Below are positions 20,366 to 31,469 of a stretch of DNA of 64,000 nt, in pieces (position 1 is the first letter of the stretch; each line of letters starts with the position of its first letter). A model generated the notes under the pieces. The model had not been told where the DNA came from, ran no database searches, and saw nothing but the letters and a program-made list of their open reading frames with translations. The DNA is from Promethearchaeia archaeon (lineage in GTDB: Archaea; Asgardarchaeota; Lokiarchaeia; Sigyniarchaeales; SOKP01). The stretch spans positions 53,477 to 117,476 of the forward strand of contig JAHQWG010000046.1 in the NCBI GenBank assembly GCA_029856045.1. Direction: 5' to 3'. A program made the translations under genes and the position numbers.

Positions 20366-20622
20366 CATTTTTTTTCACGATTTATCTGATAAATATATAG
20401 AGATATCGCATTATTTGGGCATTTTCTTATACATATATTGCATCCATAACATTGTCCAACTGTAATTGCCTTTCCATCAAGACCATACTCTCGAATTCTC
20501 AATGGACAAATTCTTATACAAGTCCCACAAGATTTACACTTAGATAAATCTGTTAATGCCTTAAATGCTCTTAACTTTAACTCATTTATTTTATTTTGTA
20601 AGGCATGGGATGCAGCTTTCAT
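20365..20622 (-). CDS. 2x[4Fe-4S] ferredoxin-like protein
   Basis: CKSCGTCIRICP and CYGCNICIRKCP. Confidence 0.85.
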   Translation of the reverse strand: MKAASHALQNKINELKLRAFKALTDLSKCKSCGTCIRICPLRIREYGLDGKAITVGQCYGCNICIRKCPNNAISLYIYQINREKK

Positions 20623-20710
20623 AATTATAGATTTTAGATGTTTTATATTAATATAAATTTATTAAAAATTAAAAAAAAAAAGAAAAGATGATAAAATTCT
20701 ATTCGATAAA

Positions 20711-21733
20711 TTAAGAAATATTTGAGCAAGCTTTCTTTAAGAGTTCCTCAGCTTTCTTAGTAAAACCACTTAAGATGTCATTAACACTTAAAATTTCATC
20801 AATTAATCCGACAGTTTGACCAACAGGTATGGCTCCATCCTCAACATCGCCTTCTGTATATACAATTTCATATCTACGTAATTCTTCCAAAAATTCATCT
20901 AGATCATAGCCTAATTCTTGGGCAATTTTATCCTCCTTAGAAATAATTTCACCATGTTCCAGAGCATATTTATTTTTTAATAATCTTATTGGACCAAAAC
21001 CACCAGTTGTAAGTATAGTATCTCTTGCTGTTGCTGGAGGAATTAAATCCTTGTAATTTTGATGAAATTCACTCTCTTTACAGGCAATAAATCGAGTTCC
21101 CATAGCAATTGCATCGGCACCTGCAGCAATACCAGCTGCAATTCCTTCAGGACTTGCAAATCCACCACAAGCAACTACTAGATGTTCAGGATATTTACGC
21201 AAAACTTGTTGGAGTAGAACCAAAGTTGAAATTTCTTCATAGGATTGATGACCCCCTCCATCGATACCTGTAGCCACAATACCATCACATCCTGCTTTAA
21301 CGATTTTATCAATCAACCATAAAGCAGGACCCACATGAAAATGTTTTACTTGAGGTAATTTCTTTTTTAACCATTCAGAGGCAAATCCAGCCCCTCCAGC
21401 GCTAGTTAATACATATACCAATTGTTCTCTAATTTTTGGATTTTCTCTCATCCATTTTGGAAGTGTCCGTATTAATACCTTGTGATCGGTTTGGATCCTT
21501 GCAGTTCTAATATTTAGGCCAAAAGGTTTATCGGTGCTCTCTATTACATGGATAATCTGCTCTTTCATATCTGTAACAGAATTCTTCCCTTGTAAAGTGG
21601 CATGACTCAGAACTCCCAGACCGCCTGCTTCAGAAACCGCAATCGCTAATTCCGTAGTATAAAAAGGGCCCATTGGAGCGCTTATAATAGGATATTTTAA
21701 CCCAAACAGTTCAGTTATTCTGGTTTTTATCAT
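20711..21733 (-). CDS. Nitronate monooxygenase/FabK-like FMN enoyl reductase
   Basis: YPIISAPMG, VSEAGGLG, GIDGGGH, GADAIAMGTRF, GQTVGLI. Confidence 0.85.
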   Translation of the reverse strand: MIKTRITELFGLKYPIISAPMGPFYTTELAIAVSEAGGLGVLSHATLQGKNSVTDMKEQIIHVIESTDKPFGLNIRTARIQTDHKVLIRTLPKWMRENPKIREQLVYVLTSAGGAGFASEWLKKKLPQVKHFHVGPALWLIDKIVKAGCDGIVATGIDGGGHQSYEEISTLVLLQQVLRKYPEHLVVACGGFASPEGIAAGIAAGADAIAMGTRFIACKESEFHQNYKDLIPPATARDTILTTGGFGPIRLLKNKYALEHGEIISKEDKIAQELGYDLDEFLEELRRYEIVYTEGDVEDGAIPVGQTVGLIDEILSVNDILSGFTKKAEELLKKACSNIS

Positions 21734-22066
21734 ATTTTAACTTCACTTAAAATATTTTTAGATTAAATAAGTCTTCTTTAATTATATGGATATTAAATTT
21801 TTTATTTTGTATTCTTTTATTATTTCTAATTAATAATTTAATTAAAAATTGAGTATTACCAGCCCTTTAAGAAAAAATTATTCCTTTTTTTTCCATTTAA
21901 ATAAATCAATAATTTAATGTTAAATCATCTAAGCAAACTTCATTTGATATTCTATTAATAATTTTATTTTTTATGAGAAATTTAAAATAAAATTGAATAC
22001 AGTATTAATGGTATTAATTTTTTAATTAAAAAAATATTAAAAAAAATTTGAGATGATTTTCTAAAA

Positions 22067-22525
22067 ATGAAAGGAGAAATCCTAACTACTAAAGGTGCTG
22101 TTAGAGCTGAATTTGATTTTTGGGTTGGACTTTATTTAGATAAATTCTTGGAAGGTTTAGAACAAAAAAAATTTATTGGTAATAAATGTTCAAAGTGTGG
22201 AAAAGTATATATTCCACCCAGAAAAATCTGCGGAGATTGTTTTGAACACATTGAGGAATATGTAGATTTACCCGAAACAGGTGTATTAACTAATTTTACA
22301 TTTACAAAATGGGCAATAAGTGAAAGAAGGCCTAGACAATCAAAAAATATCAAAATGATTGGTCTTGTAAAGCTTGATGGAGCGGATTCAGCAATGCTTT
22401 TACCCATATTAGAGACAGAACCGGAAAATCTTAAAATTGGGATGAAAGTTCAAGTTGTGTGGAGTGAAAAACCACAAGGTCAACCATCAGATATAAAAGG
22501 CTTTAAGCCAATCGGAGGTGCGTAA
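22067..22525 (+). CDS. DUF35 Zn-ribbon/OB-fold protein
   Basis: KCSKCGKVYIPPRKICGDC, VKLDGAD, IGMKV. Confidence 0.88.
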   Translation: MKGEILTTKGAVRAEFDFWVGLYLDKFLEGLEQKKFIGNKCSKCGKVYIPPRKICGDCFEHIEEYVDLPETGVLTNFTFTKWAISERRPRQSKNIKMIGLVKLDGADSAMLLPILETEPENLKIGMKVQVVWSEKPQGQPSDIKGFKPIGGA

Positions 22526-22527
22526 TA

Positions 22528-23673
22528 ATGGATAAAGTTGGCATTGTAGGTTATTATCAAGTTAAACCCGAAACTGACATTCAAATGAGTCGTCCTGAAA
22601 TGATTTTTTATGCTACGCGCGGTGCTTTAGATTATGCTGGATTAAAAAGAGATGATCTTTCTACAGTTATTTCCGCCACCAATGATTATTATGATGGAAA
22701 AACTATCTCAAACTGTTTTACAGTCGATGCGGGGGGTGCCTATCTTAAGGATGAGAGTAAAGTTGAAATGGATGGCGCACATGCGGTAAACTATGGGTTA
22801 ATGCGATGTCTTTCAGGTCATCATAAATTGGCATTAGTGTGGGGCGCAAGTCAACCTTCAACATTTTATTATGGTTGTGTGAGGGTGCTTGAAAATGATC
22901 CTACATTTGACCGTCCAATAAATCTTTTAAACGATTATACAGCTGCTGCATTAGGAATGAGGGCATATATGAATAAATTCGGAGTTTCAGTTGAAGATAT
23001 CGCAAAAGTTGGAGTAAAGAATCATAAAAATGCAGCAAAGAATCCACTAGCGTGGAATGAAGCTCAACTACCAGGTATTACTGTTGAGGATGTTCTTAAT
23101 TCGGAAATGTTAAGTGATCCTGTAACTAAATTAATGCATGCAATGCCTTGCGATGGTGCTACAGCATTAATATTAGCTCCCGAAGAATTGGCGAAAAAGA
23201 TTATAGATGATCCTGTTTGGATTACTGGTGTAGGACTTTGTCAAGAAACATATTATCTTGGAGATAGAGATTTAAGTACTAGTATTTCAATGGAAAAAGC
23301 TTCACAACATGCATATAAAATGGCAGGAATAAACGATCCAAGAAAAGATATTGATGTAGTAGAGCTCTTTGAACATTCAGCATATGAGGAATTAATTCTT
23401 GCAGAAGCTTTAGGTTTATGTGAGAAAGGCAAAGGAGCCAATTTATCTTCAGAGATTAATGGAGAAATACCAATTAACCCATCAGGTGGAGCTATTGGAG
23501 CTTTTACCCCTTGTGCAATAGGAATAACTAGATTAGTAGAAGCTGTAAAACAAATTCGGGGAGAGGCAAATGGTTATCAGGTAAAAGATGCAAATCGAGC
23601 GATAGCCCATGGTCAAATTGGTTTTTGTGCTCAAAATAATATTGTATTTATATTAGAAGGAGGTAAAAAATAA
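22528..23673 (+). CDS. Thiolase-fold protein, Ltp4-like
   Basis: ESKVEMDGAHA in place of the Cys motif, KNHKNAAKNP, CDGATA, INPSGG. Confidence 0.82.
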   Translation: MDKVGIVGYYQVKPETDIQMSRPEMIFYATRGALDYAGLKRDDLSTVISATNDYYDGKTISNCFTVDAGGAYLKDESKVEMDGAHAVNYGLMRCLSGHHKLALVWGASQPSTFYYGCVRVLENDPTFDRPINLLNDYTAAALGMRAYMNKFGVSVEDIAKVGVKNHKNAAKNPLAWNEAQLPGITVEDVLNSEMLSDPVTKLMHAMPCDGATALILAPEELAKKIIDDPVWITGVGLCQETYYLGDRDLSTSISMEKASQHAYKMAGINDPRKDIDVVELFEHSAYEELILAEALGLCEKGKGANLSSEINGEIPINPSGGAIGAFTPCAIGITRLVEAVKQIRGEANGYQVKDANRAIAHGQIGFCAQNNIVFILEGGKK

Positions 23674-24920
23674 TGGGAGTACAACCAGTAATAGTTAGTG
23701 CGGGTTTTAGTGAACATGCATCAAAAAGATCTGATGTAAATATGGCAGAATTGATGAATGAAGCAATTGAAGATGCTTTAAGCAAATGTAATTGTACAAT
23801 TGACGATATTGACTGTTTTATTAATGGAAATATGCCTGCATTCGAAGGTGCTAATATTCCAGAGTTGTGGATGACAGATCATATGGGAGCAAAAAATAAA
23901 CCATTTATGAGAGTAACCACTGGTGGAACCACAGGTGGTTCAATAGCTATTGCAGCATATTATGCTGTAGCATCAGGATTATATGATACAGTTTTAGCAA
24001 CAGCATTTGAACAGCAATCTTGTGGAAGTACTACAGTTGGTCTATCCTCTGTTGCTTTAGGAGAAGTTTCAATATATCTTGAATTGGGATACGATTATGA
24101 AAAATTAAGGAGAAATATGGGTGCAGGGGCCGCAATTGGAGTTGGTGCTTATCAAGCGGTAAATTATATGAGACGAAGTCATTGTACGGAAGAAGATTTA
24201 GCCAGAGTTGTTGTTCAAAATAGACATAATGCTGCAAAAAATTGGTGGACTCATTTAAAAATGCCTAACTATACAATTGAACAAGTATTAGATACTCCTT
24301 ATATCTCATATCCCTTACGATTTGGTATGGTTACACCAGCTTCAGATGGTAGCTGTGCTATGATATACACGACTGAAGAAAATGCAAAAAAATTTACAGA
24401 TACTCCTGTTTTTGTAAATGGAGTTGCAAGTGTAAGTAATGAAACAGCAATAGTAACGTCTGAAGCAGGGGGAGTTGGACAAATTGACCCTTGCGTACAA
24501 TTGGGTGCAAAAATATCAGCAAAATTAGCTTATGAACAAGCAGGTATTTCATTTCCAGAAAAAGAAATCGATTATGCTGAAGTATATTCTCCATTTCCTA
24601 ATCAAGAACTTATGTGGTTAGAAAGGTTAGGGTTATTTGAAGAAAATACTGCACATATACAATACAGAGAGGGAATTACCGCACCTGACGGTGATTTACC
24701 GGTAAATTGCTCTGGCGGTGTAAATTCCACTAATGCGATTGGTGCTTCAGCACTGGAAAGAGTCGCGGAAGCAGCTTTACAAATTATGGGGAAAGCAGGA
24801 AATCAAAGTCCAAAAGAAATACATACTGCTATTGGTCATGGATGGGGTGGCGCATTAAATTTAATTACCTTATCTGTTTTGGCAGATCAATCAAGAAGAA
24901 AATATAAAGGAGGGATATAA
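23673..24920 (+). CDS. Thiolase-fold protein, Ltp3-like
   Basis: PELWMTDHMGA, RVTTGGTTGGS, AEVYSPF, VNCSGGVNSTNAIGAS; TAATG overlap with the upstream gene. Confidence 0.82.
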   Translation: MGVQPVIVSAGFSEHASKRSDVNMAELMNEAIEDALSKCNCTIDDIDCFINGNMPAFEGANIPELWMTDHMGAKNKPFMRVTTGGTTGGSIAIAAYYAVASGLYDTVLATAFEQQSCGSTTVGLSSVALGEVSIYLELGYDYEKLRRNMGAGAAIGVGAYQAVNYMRRSHCTEEDLARVVVQNRHNAAKNWWTHLKMPNYTIEQVLDTPYISYPLRFGMVTPASDGSCAMIYTTEENAKKFTDTPVFVNGVASVSNETAIVTSEAGGVGQIDPCVQLGAKISAKLAYEQAGISFPEKEIDYAEVYSPFPNQELMWLERLGLFEENTAHIQYREGITAPDGDLPVNCSGGVNSTNAIGASALERVAEAALQIMGKAGNQSPKEIHTAIGHGWGGALNLITLSVLADQSRRKYKGGI

Positions 24921-24921
24921 A

Positions 24922-25443
24922 ATGGCGAGATTAGAATACATTAAAAAACAATATCCAAGAACAAGGAGAGTGCATGGAAATTGGTATTTATCCTCATATC
25001 AGTATAAATTCAATGTTAAAAGAATTAATCAGTGTCTTGAACATCTAAGGATGGGAGAACTAGTTGGATTGAAATGTCGTTCATGCAATACAGTATCTTT
25101 TCCTCCTAGACTCATATGTCCCAAGTGTTTAAAAATGCCAGATCAATGGATCCATTTAAGGGAAACAGCTACGGTAGCAACATTTTCTGGAACCTATGCT
25201 AAAGAAAGTGGAGACACAGAAATAAGACCATATCCTGTTGTAGCAATTCGTCAAGATGGTGCGGACACAACTTGGCTTGCAAATTTACCAGAAGGCTTTG
25301 ATTTCTTTAAAGTCTATGTCGGGATGCCTTTAAAGATTAAATGGGCCGAGGATAAGAAGGGCGACTTTAGTGATATTGAATATTATGAACCAATAGAAGA
25401 TCCAAGCATTGAAATGAACAAAAAAGAGGAAGCAGAGAATTAA
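24922..25443 (+). CDS. DUF35 Zn-ribbon/OB-fold protein
   Basis: KCRSCNTVSFPPRLICPKC, QDGAD, VGMP. Confidence 0.86.
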   Translation: MARLEYIKKQYPRTRRVHGNWYLSSYQYKFNVKRINQCLEHLRMGELVGLKCRSCNTVSFPPRLICPKCLKMPDQWIHLRETATVATFSGTYAKESGDTEIRPYPVVAIRQDGADTTWLANLPEGFDFFKVYVGMPLKIKWAEDKKGDFSDIEYYEPIEDPSIEMNKKEEAEN

Positions 25444-25604
25444 TTTAAGTATAAATTGATTCTCAATTATATATTTTAAATTTTTTTATTCTTTTTTTTT
25501 ATTTACTACTTCTTGATTTATATTTTGATATTTTCATAAAGATTTTTAATATAATACTAAGAATTATTCATTAAGAAAAAAAAAAAAAGAGTATAAAAAT
25601 TTTC

Positions 25605-26567
25605 ATGAAAGCGGCTGTTTTTAAGGGATTAGAAGAAAAAATAAAAATAATTGAAGATTATCCTAAACCAGTTCCAGATAAGGATGAAATTTTAATAAAG
25701 GTAAAATTCTGCGGAATTTGCGGAACCGATGTATCTAGTTATTCTTATCAACTAGGTAGTGTTCCAATAATTATGGGGCATGAGTTTTCAGGCATTATAG
25801 AATCAATTGGAGAGAATGTCAAAAATTTTCAAGTAGGAGACAGAGTTTCGGCTTGGGCAGATCAGGAATATTTCGGAAATGTTGAGGATGGTGGATTTGC
25901 TGAATATATGAAAGTAAAAGAGAGTTATGTAGTGAAAAAACCAAATGAAATAACTTTTGAAGAAATGTGTCTTGCAGAACCCGTATCTTGCCTTATTCAT
26001 GCTCGAGATATTTCGGGTATAGAAAATAATGAAGGTGTCATTATTTTAGGTAGCGGCGTCATGGGAATTTCTTTATTGCAGGTATTATTAGCAACAAGAG
26101 AACCAAAATATGTAATAATGGTAGATTTTAATCAAAATTTACTAGATAAAGCAATGGAGTTAGGAGCAACTAATTGTTTTAAACCAAAACAAAAAGTAAA
26201 AATCAGGAAATTTCTAAGAGAGAAGGGAGCTTGTTCTTTTGTATTCGATTGTGCTGGGACAGAATCTTCTTATTTATTAAGTTTAGAATTAGTTGAAAAA
26301 GGTGGAACGGTATTACTCGAGGGTATTAAAAGAGGAAATATTCCAATACCAATGTTTATGATTGTATATAATGAAATTGTGGTTAAGGGAAGCTATTGCC
26401 AAACCAGAGAAGCCTTTTTGGGAGCAATAGAACTCATAAAAAACAAAAAGATAAACACGAAAAAAATGATTTCAGATATAATTCCTCTAGAAAAGGTTCA
26501 GGAGGGAATAGAACGAATGAAAAAAAGTGATAGAACCGAAATTAAAATATTAGTAAAAATATCATAA
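25605..26567 (+). CDS. Zn-dependent medium-chain alcohol dehydrogenase
   Basis: CGICGTD, GHEFSG, GDRV, LGSGVMG, FDCAG; the four-Cys structural-Zn lobe is absent. Confidence 0.85.
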   Translation: MKAAVFKGLEEKIKIIEDYPKPVPDKDEILIKVKFCGICGTDVSSYSYQLGSVPIIMGHEFSGIIESIGENVKNFQVGDRVSAWADQEYFGNVEDGGFAEYMKVKESYVVKKPNEITFEEMCLAEPVSCLIHARDISGIENNEGVIILGSGVMGISLLQVLLATREPKYVIMVDFNQNLLDKAMELGATNCFKPKQKVKIRKFLREKGACSFVFDCAGTESSYLLSLELVEKGGTVLLEGIKRGNIPIPMFMIVYNEIVVKGSYCQTREAFLGAIELIKNKKINTKKMISDIIPLEKVQEGIERMKKSDRTEIKILVKIS

Positions 26568-26600
26568 TTTAATAGTTTTTTTCTCATTATTAGTCTTAAG

Positions 26601-27938
26601 ATGAAAGAAAAATTTAATAATCAGCCATTAAGAGGAATGGTAGATCGTTTCCCTCCTGATTTGAGGGAAGAATATTACATAGTTAATAAAATTAGGGAGC
26701 TTTCTAAAAAATATGTTTATGAAGAGTTTGAAGCTCCTCTCTTGGAACCTATAGAAATTTACGCTGCAAAATCTTCAGAAGAGTTGGTAAATGAACAATC
26801 ATTTACTTTTAAGAGTAAAGGTGGAGGTAAATTAATACTACGACCAGAATTAACTCCTTCTTTAGCTCGAATGATATCAAGAAAAAGTCAGGAAATGAAA
26901 AAACCCATTCGTTGGTTTAGCGTTCCAACTTGTTATCGATACGAGAGACCCCAGAGAGGGCGAACGAGAGAATTTAAACAGATTAATTTTGATATTTTAG
27001 GTGGGATTGGTTTATTAGAAGAAGTTGAAATCTTCAATATATCTGTGGATATTTTTACGTCATTTGGAGCAACAAATGACCAATTTCAAATATATTATAA
27101 TAACAGACGACTAATTGATGCGATTTTTAAATTTATTCTTAAAATTCCTGACAACATTTATATGAAAGTATATAAGGCACTTGATAAATCTGATAAAATG
27201 GTTGAAGAGGAATACCAAAAATACTTAATGGATACTTTTAACGATGATAAATTAGCAAAGAATATTATACAATTAAATGAGATTGATAATATTGAGAAAA
27301 TACCTTATGATAACATTCCGAATGAATTTTATAATTCACAAGGATATCAAGAAATAAAACAATTACAAATATTATTAAAAGAAACGAATTTGGAAGAATA
27401 TTGCACTTTTTCAGCCGGAATAGTAAGAGGGTTAGATTATTACACAGGAACTGTATTTGAAGTATATGATACAGAAGAAAAAAATAGAAGATCTATTTTT
27501 GGTGGCGGTAGGTATGATGATTTATTAAATTTATTTTCTAATGAACAGATATCTGGGATTGGTTTTGGAATGGGATTATTATCACTTAAATTGTTTTTAC
27601 GAACTTATAACTTGATTCCAGAGAACATAAAAGAGTTAGATTATTCAGATATTATTTATGTAACAACATTTAGTAGCGAATTGGCTCCTTTAAGTATTAA
27701 ATTATCTCAAAAGTTTAGAAGAATGGGTTTTAGATGTTTTATTGATTATTCTTGTGAAAAATTAGGAAATCAAATAAGTAAAGCTAATGAATTAAATTGT
27801 AAAGCAATTGCAATAATTGGTCCTCAAGAACAAGAAGAAAAGTCTGTAACTATTAAAAATTTACTCACTAATACCCAAAAAACACCAAAATTAAAAGATT
27901 TAAATGTAAATGTTCTAGAAGATATACTTAAAAAGTGA
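26601..27938 (+). CDS. hisS: Histidyl-tRNA synthetase
   Basis: LRPELTPS, YRYERPQRGRTREFKQ, VRGLDYYTGTVFE, GGGRYD, anticodon-binding domain. Confidence 0.97.
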   Translation: MKEKFNNQPLRGMVDRFPPDLREEYYIVNKIRELSKKYVYEEFEAPLLEPIEIYAAKSSEELVNEQSFTFKSKGGGKLILRPELTPSLARMISRKSQEMKKPIRWFSVPTCYRYERPQRGRTREFKQINFDILGGIGLLEEVEIFNISVDIFTSFGATNDQFQIYYNNRRLIDAIFKFILKIPDNIYMKVYKALDKSDKMVEEEYQKYLMDTFNDDKLAKNIIQLNEIDNIEKIPYDNIPNEFYNSQGYQEIKQLQILLKETNLEEYCTFSAGIVRGLDYYTGTVFEVYDTEEKNRRSIFGGGRYDDLLNLFSNEQISGIGFGMGLLSLKLFLRTYNLIPENIKELDYSDIIYVTTFSSELAPLSIKLSQKFRRMGFRCFIDYSCEKLGNQISKANELNCKAIAIIGPQEQEEKSVTIKNLLTNTQKTPKLKDLNVNVLEDILKK

Positions 27939-27944
27939 ATTTTT

Positions 27945-28922
27945 ATGGGTAAAAATTTTGCAGATGAGTTAATTTCACAAATTAGGGAGAAAAAATCAAT
28001 AATTTGTATCGGTTTAGATCCTCGGCTACCAGATGATAAGGAAACGTATTATATTCCACAATTTTTAGTAAATGAATTTAATGATAATTCTAAGGTGATA
28101 TTTGAATTTAATAAAAGATTGATTGATGCTACAGTTGAATTTACTCCAATTTATAAACCAAACATAGCTTTTTATGAAAAATATGAGGCATTAACAGGAT
28201 TAAAAAAAACAATAAAATATATCCAAAATAAAAATGCTTTAGTTATTTTGGATGCAAAAAGAGGAGATATCGGAACTACTTGTCAAGTATATGCTTCAAA
28301 TCTTTTTGAAGGGTATAATGCTGATTCAATAACTCTAAATTCTTATTTCGGAAGTGATGGAGTAGAGCCATTTATATCCTATAAAGAAAAAGGATTTTTT
28401 ACACAAGTTAAAAATTCAAATAAAAGTTCTGTAGAATTTCAAGATTTATTCTCAATTCATTTAGAAAATATTCCTATTAAACAAGTTTCAATTAAGATTG
28501 ACAAAATTAAAGGAGATCAGACAATTTTAGAGCGAAATTTTATACATATGGCACGTCTAGTTAAAGAATGGGGAAAAGAGTTAATAGGAATAAACGGGTA
28601 CAGTTCATTTGGTGCCGTAGTGGGCGCAACTTTCCCTGAACAGATGATCTCAATTCGAAAGATTTTAGATAATTGCTTTCTATTAATTCCGGGTTATGGC
28701 ACACAAGGTGCTACAGGGGAGGACGTGGTTCATGGAGTAAATGATGATGGATTGGGAGCAATTATTAATTCATCCCGAAGCATTGATTTCGCATATCAGA
28801 AACTGAATTATTCTAATAAGTTCTCTCCCGAAAATTTTGATAAAGCAGCAAGTGAAGCTGCATTGAAAATGAGGGAAGATATTAATAGAAAATTAAAACA
28901 GAATAATAAAAATATCATTTAA
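27945..28922 (+). CDS. pyrF: Orotidine 5'-phosphate decarboxylase
   Basis: CIGLDP, YKPNIAFYE, DAKRGDIGTT, GAVVGAT, LIPGYGTQG, NSSRSI. Confidence 0.95.
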   Translation: MGKNFADELISQIREKKSIICIGLDPRLPDDKETYYIPQFLVNEFNDNSKVIFEFNKRLIDATVEFTPIYKPNIAFYEKYEALTGLKKTIKYIQNKNALVILDAKRGDIGTTCQVYASNLFEGYNADSITLNSYFGSDGVEPFISYKEKGFFTQVKNSNKSSVEFQDLFSIHLENIPIKQVSIKIDKIKGDQTILERNFIHMARLVKEWGKELIGINGYSSFGAVVGATFPEQMISIRKILDNCFLLIPGYGTQGATGEDVVHGVNDDGLGAIINSSRSIDFAYQKLNYSNKFSPENFDKAASEAALKMREDINRKLKQNNKNII

Positions 28923-28934
28923 GTCTCTAATTTT

Positions 28935-29324
28935 TTATAATTCTCCCATTAATGGTCCAATTATTGACATTGCGATTGTAATAGGAATTATTAATAAAAC
29001 TGTAATAAAAATTGCCTTTTTAATTCCGGTGTCATGAAAAATATTAATCATATTTGTCACAATGAAAACTGCAAGAATTGAAAGACCAAGAATTGCAACT
29101 ATATCAAAACCTCTCATTTCAATAAACATTAATTGCAACATGATAAACATGATTGTTCCCAAATAAATGATATAATATATTAATACTTGTTTCATACCCG
29201 TTTTTTTTTCCGCTTTAACGATAACCAATCCTAACTTTAATAATAGTATTCCGATCAGTGAAGCCACAGATACTATAATTATTTGGATAATCATTTCAAC
29301 AGGAATTTCAGTTTGAAATAACAT
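28935..29324 (-). CDS. Small polytopic membrane protein
   Basis: 129 aa with about 4 hydrophobic segments. Confidence 0.6.
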   Translation of the reverse strand: MLFQTEIPVEMIIQIIIVSVASLIGILLLKLGLVIVKAEKKTGMKQVLIYYIIYLGTIMFIMLQLMFIEMRGFDIVAILGLSILAVFIVTNMINIFHDTGIKKAIFITVLLIIPITIAMSIIGPLMGEL

Positions 29325-29500
29325 ATCAATACCTTTTTTTAAAAAGTAATTTTTTTATAAATTTTGTTTATATTTTTACAGATAAAAGATTTAAAGTTAG
29401 ATTTAATTTATTTAACTTAATTATAATTAATCAAAAATAATACACTTTAATAAATTTGGAGGAATATTTTAAAAGTAAAATAAAAATTAAGGTCATTGGA

Positions 29501-31465
29501 ATGGAAACTGAAGAAATAAGAATATTTGTAGCAGTATGTCGTTGAGGGATAAATATTGGTGGATACATCGATACAAAAGCTTTAGCTGAATATGCCAAAA
29601 CATTACCTAATGTTGTAGCATCAACAGACTACATAAGTATGTGTACCGAAGGAGGTGCAGTATTTATAAAAGAGAACATGGAAGAAGCCAATTGTAATAG
29701 ACTAATAGTTTGTGCTTGAACCCCAATAACACATGAACCCGTATTTAAGAAGGTTCTGGAAGGAATTAATATTGATCCATCTTATTTAGAATTTTGCAAT
29801 ATTAGGGAGCATTCATCATTAGTCCATATGCATGATAAAGAAGGCGCATTAAAGGTGGCAAAAGATTTGCTTCGTTCAGCTGTAGCAAGAGCTTTAAAAT
29901 TAGAAAGAGTTCTAATTAGAGAGGTTGATGTAATCGATAAGATACTAATCATTGGTGGAGGAGTTGCTGGTTTAAAGACTGCTATTGAATTAGCAGAAGA
30001 AAATTTCGAAGTATTTTTAGTGGAAAAAGAACCCACAATTGGTGGGAAGATGGCGATGCTTGACAGAACATTCCCTACTGACGATTGTAGCATTTGAATT
30101 TTGGGACCTATAATGCTAGATGTTGCCCGAAATGAAAAAATAAGATTATTTACATATTCTGAAGTATCAGATATATCAGGATATATAGGGAATTTTTCTG
30201 TTGAAATTACTAAAAAGCCAAGATATGTGAAGGATATTTGCAATGGCTGCAGTGCATGTATGGATGTTTGCCCCGCGCATGGTTATAACGAATTTAATCT
30301 TGGATTAAATCCTAGACCTGCGATTTATATTAGTTTTCCACAGGCAGTTCCTTCACTTGCCCAAATTGATATGGATAAATGCATCAAATGTGGTTTATGC
30401 ATTGAGGCTTGTGAGTTAGAAGCAATAGATTTTGACCAAAAAACTGAAAAAATAAATGTAGAAGTGGGAACAATATCTGTAGCTACTGGTTGGGACGAAT
30501 ATATTCCAGAGGATGGTTATTTAGGATATAATAAATATGATAACGTGATTACTCAATTACAACTTGAACGAATTTTAGCACCAAATGGGCCAACAATGGG
30601 GCAACTTGTAAGACCATCTGATGGAAAGGAACCCAAAAGGATTTTATTTATACAATGTGTTGGCTCGCGAGATCTTAATAGAAACGTATATTGTTCAAGT
30701 GGAGTATGTTGTATGGTAAGTATAAAGAATTCAAAACTTATTAAACAGCATTACCCAGATGCAGATATTACCGTTGCTTACATGGATATACGTGCATCGG
30801 GAAAATATTATGAGGAATATTACACTGCTTCTAGAATAGCAGGTGTAAAGTATTTAAGAACTAATATTTCTCGAATTGAAGAGGTTTCTGAAACGAAAAA
30901 CTTGAAAATTTTAGTCCAAGATACATTAAGAGAATCTTTAGGTGTTCAAGAGATGGAATTTGATTTAATTATTCTATCTGCTGCTATGATACCTAATTAT
31001 GATATATTATCGCTGAATAAAGTATTAAAATTGGAAGTTTCTCCGGATGGTTTTTTCAAAGAAACACACGCAAGATTAGAACCAATAAATACTAAAATTC
31101 CAGGTATATCGCTTGCAGGTGTTTCTCAAGGTCCAAAGTCTATTGCTGAGTCGATTATGCAAGCCGGGGGATCCGCATCATCAGCGGGTAAATTAATGAC
31201 ACGCAAAAAATATAAAATAGATCTGATAATTGCAGAGGTCGACAAGGAAAAATGTAGCAAATGTGGGTTATGTATTTTAAACTGCTCATATAATGCTATT
31301 AATATGACGGAAGATGGAGCTGAAGTTGATGAAATTAACTGTCGGGGTTGCGGTTCATGCCTTTCAAATTGTCCAAGTGAGGCAATAACTTTAAGATATT
31401 ACAGAGAATCACACTATGAAGCCCAAATTGATGCAATATTAAAGGAGTTTGAAGAGGTGGCATAA
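29501..31465 (+). CDS. hdrA: Heterodisulfide reductase subunit A, selenoprotein (3 Sec), 654 aa
   Basis: One frame from ATG 29501 to TAA 31465. In-frame TGA at 29543, 29717 and 30095 give CRUGINI, CAUTPITHE and FPTDDCSIUI, all conserved HdrA Cys positions. FAD motif IIGGGVAG, QCVGSRD, ferredoxin motifs. Confidence 0.95.
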
Positions 31466-31469
31466 AAAG

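Noticed and set aside
29782-30243. 153-aa minus-strand ORF
   Set aside because: Antisense shadow of hdrA
29828-31465. Track ORFs 29828-30097 and 30101-31465 as separate genes or a pseudogene
   Set aside because: Same frame as ATG 29501; the interruptions are TGA only, at conserved Cys sites, with a SECIS downstream
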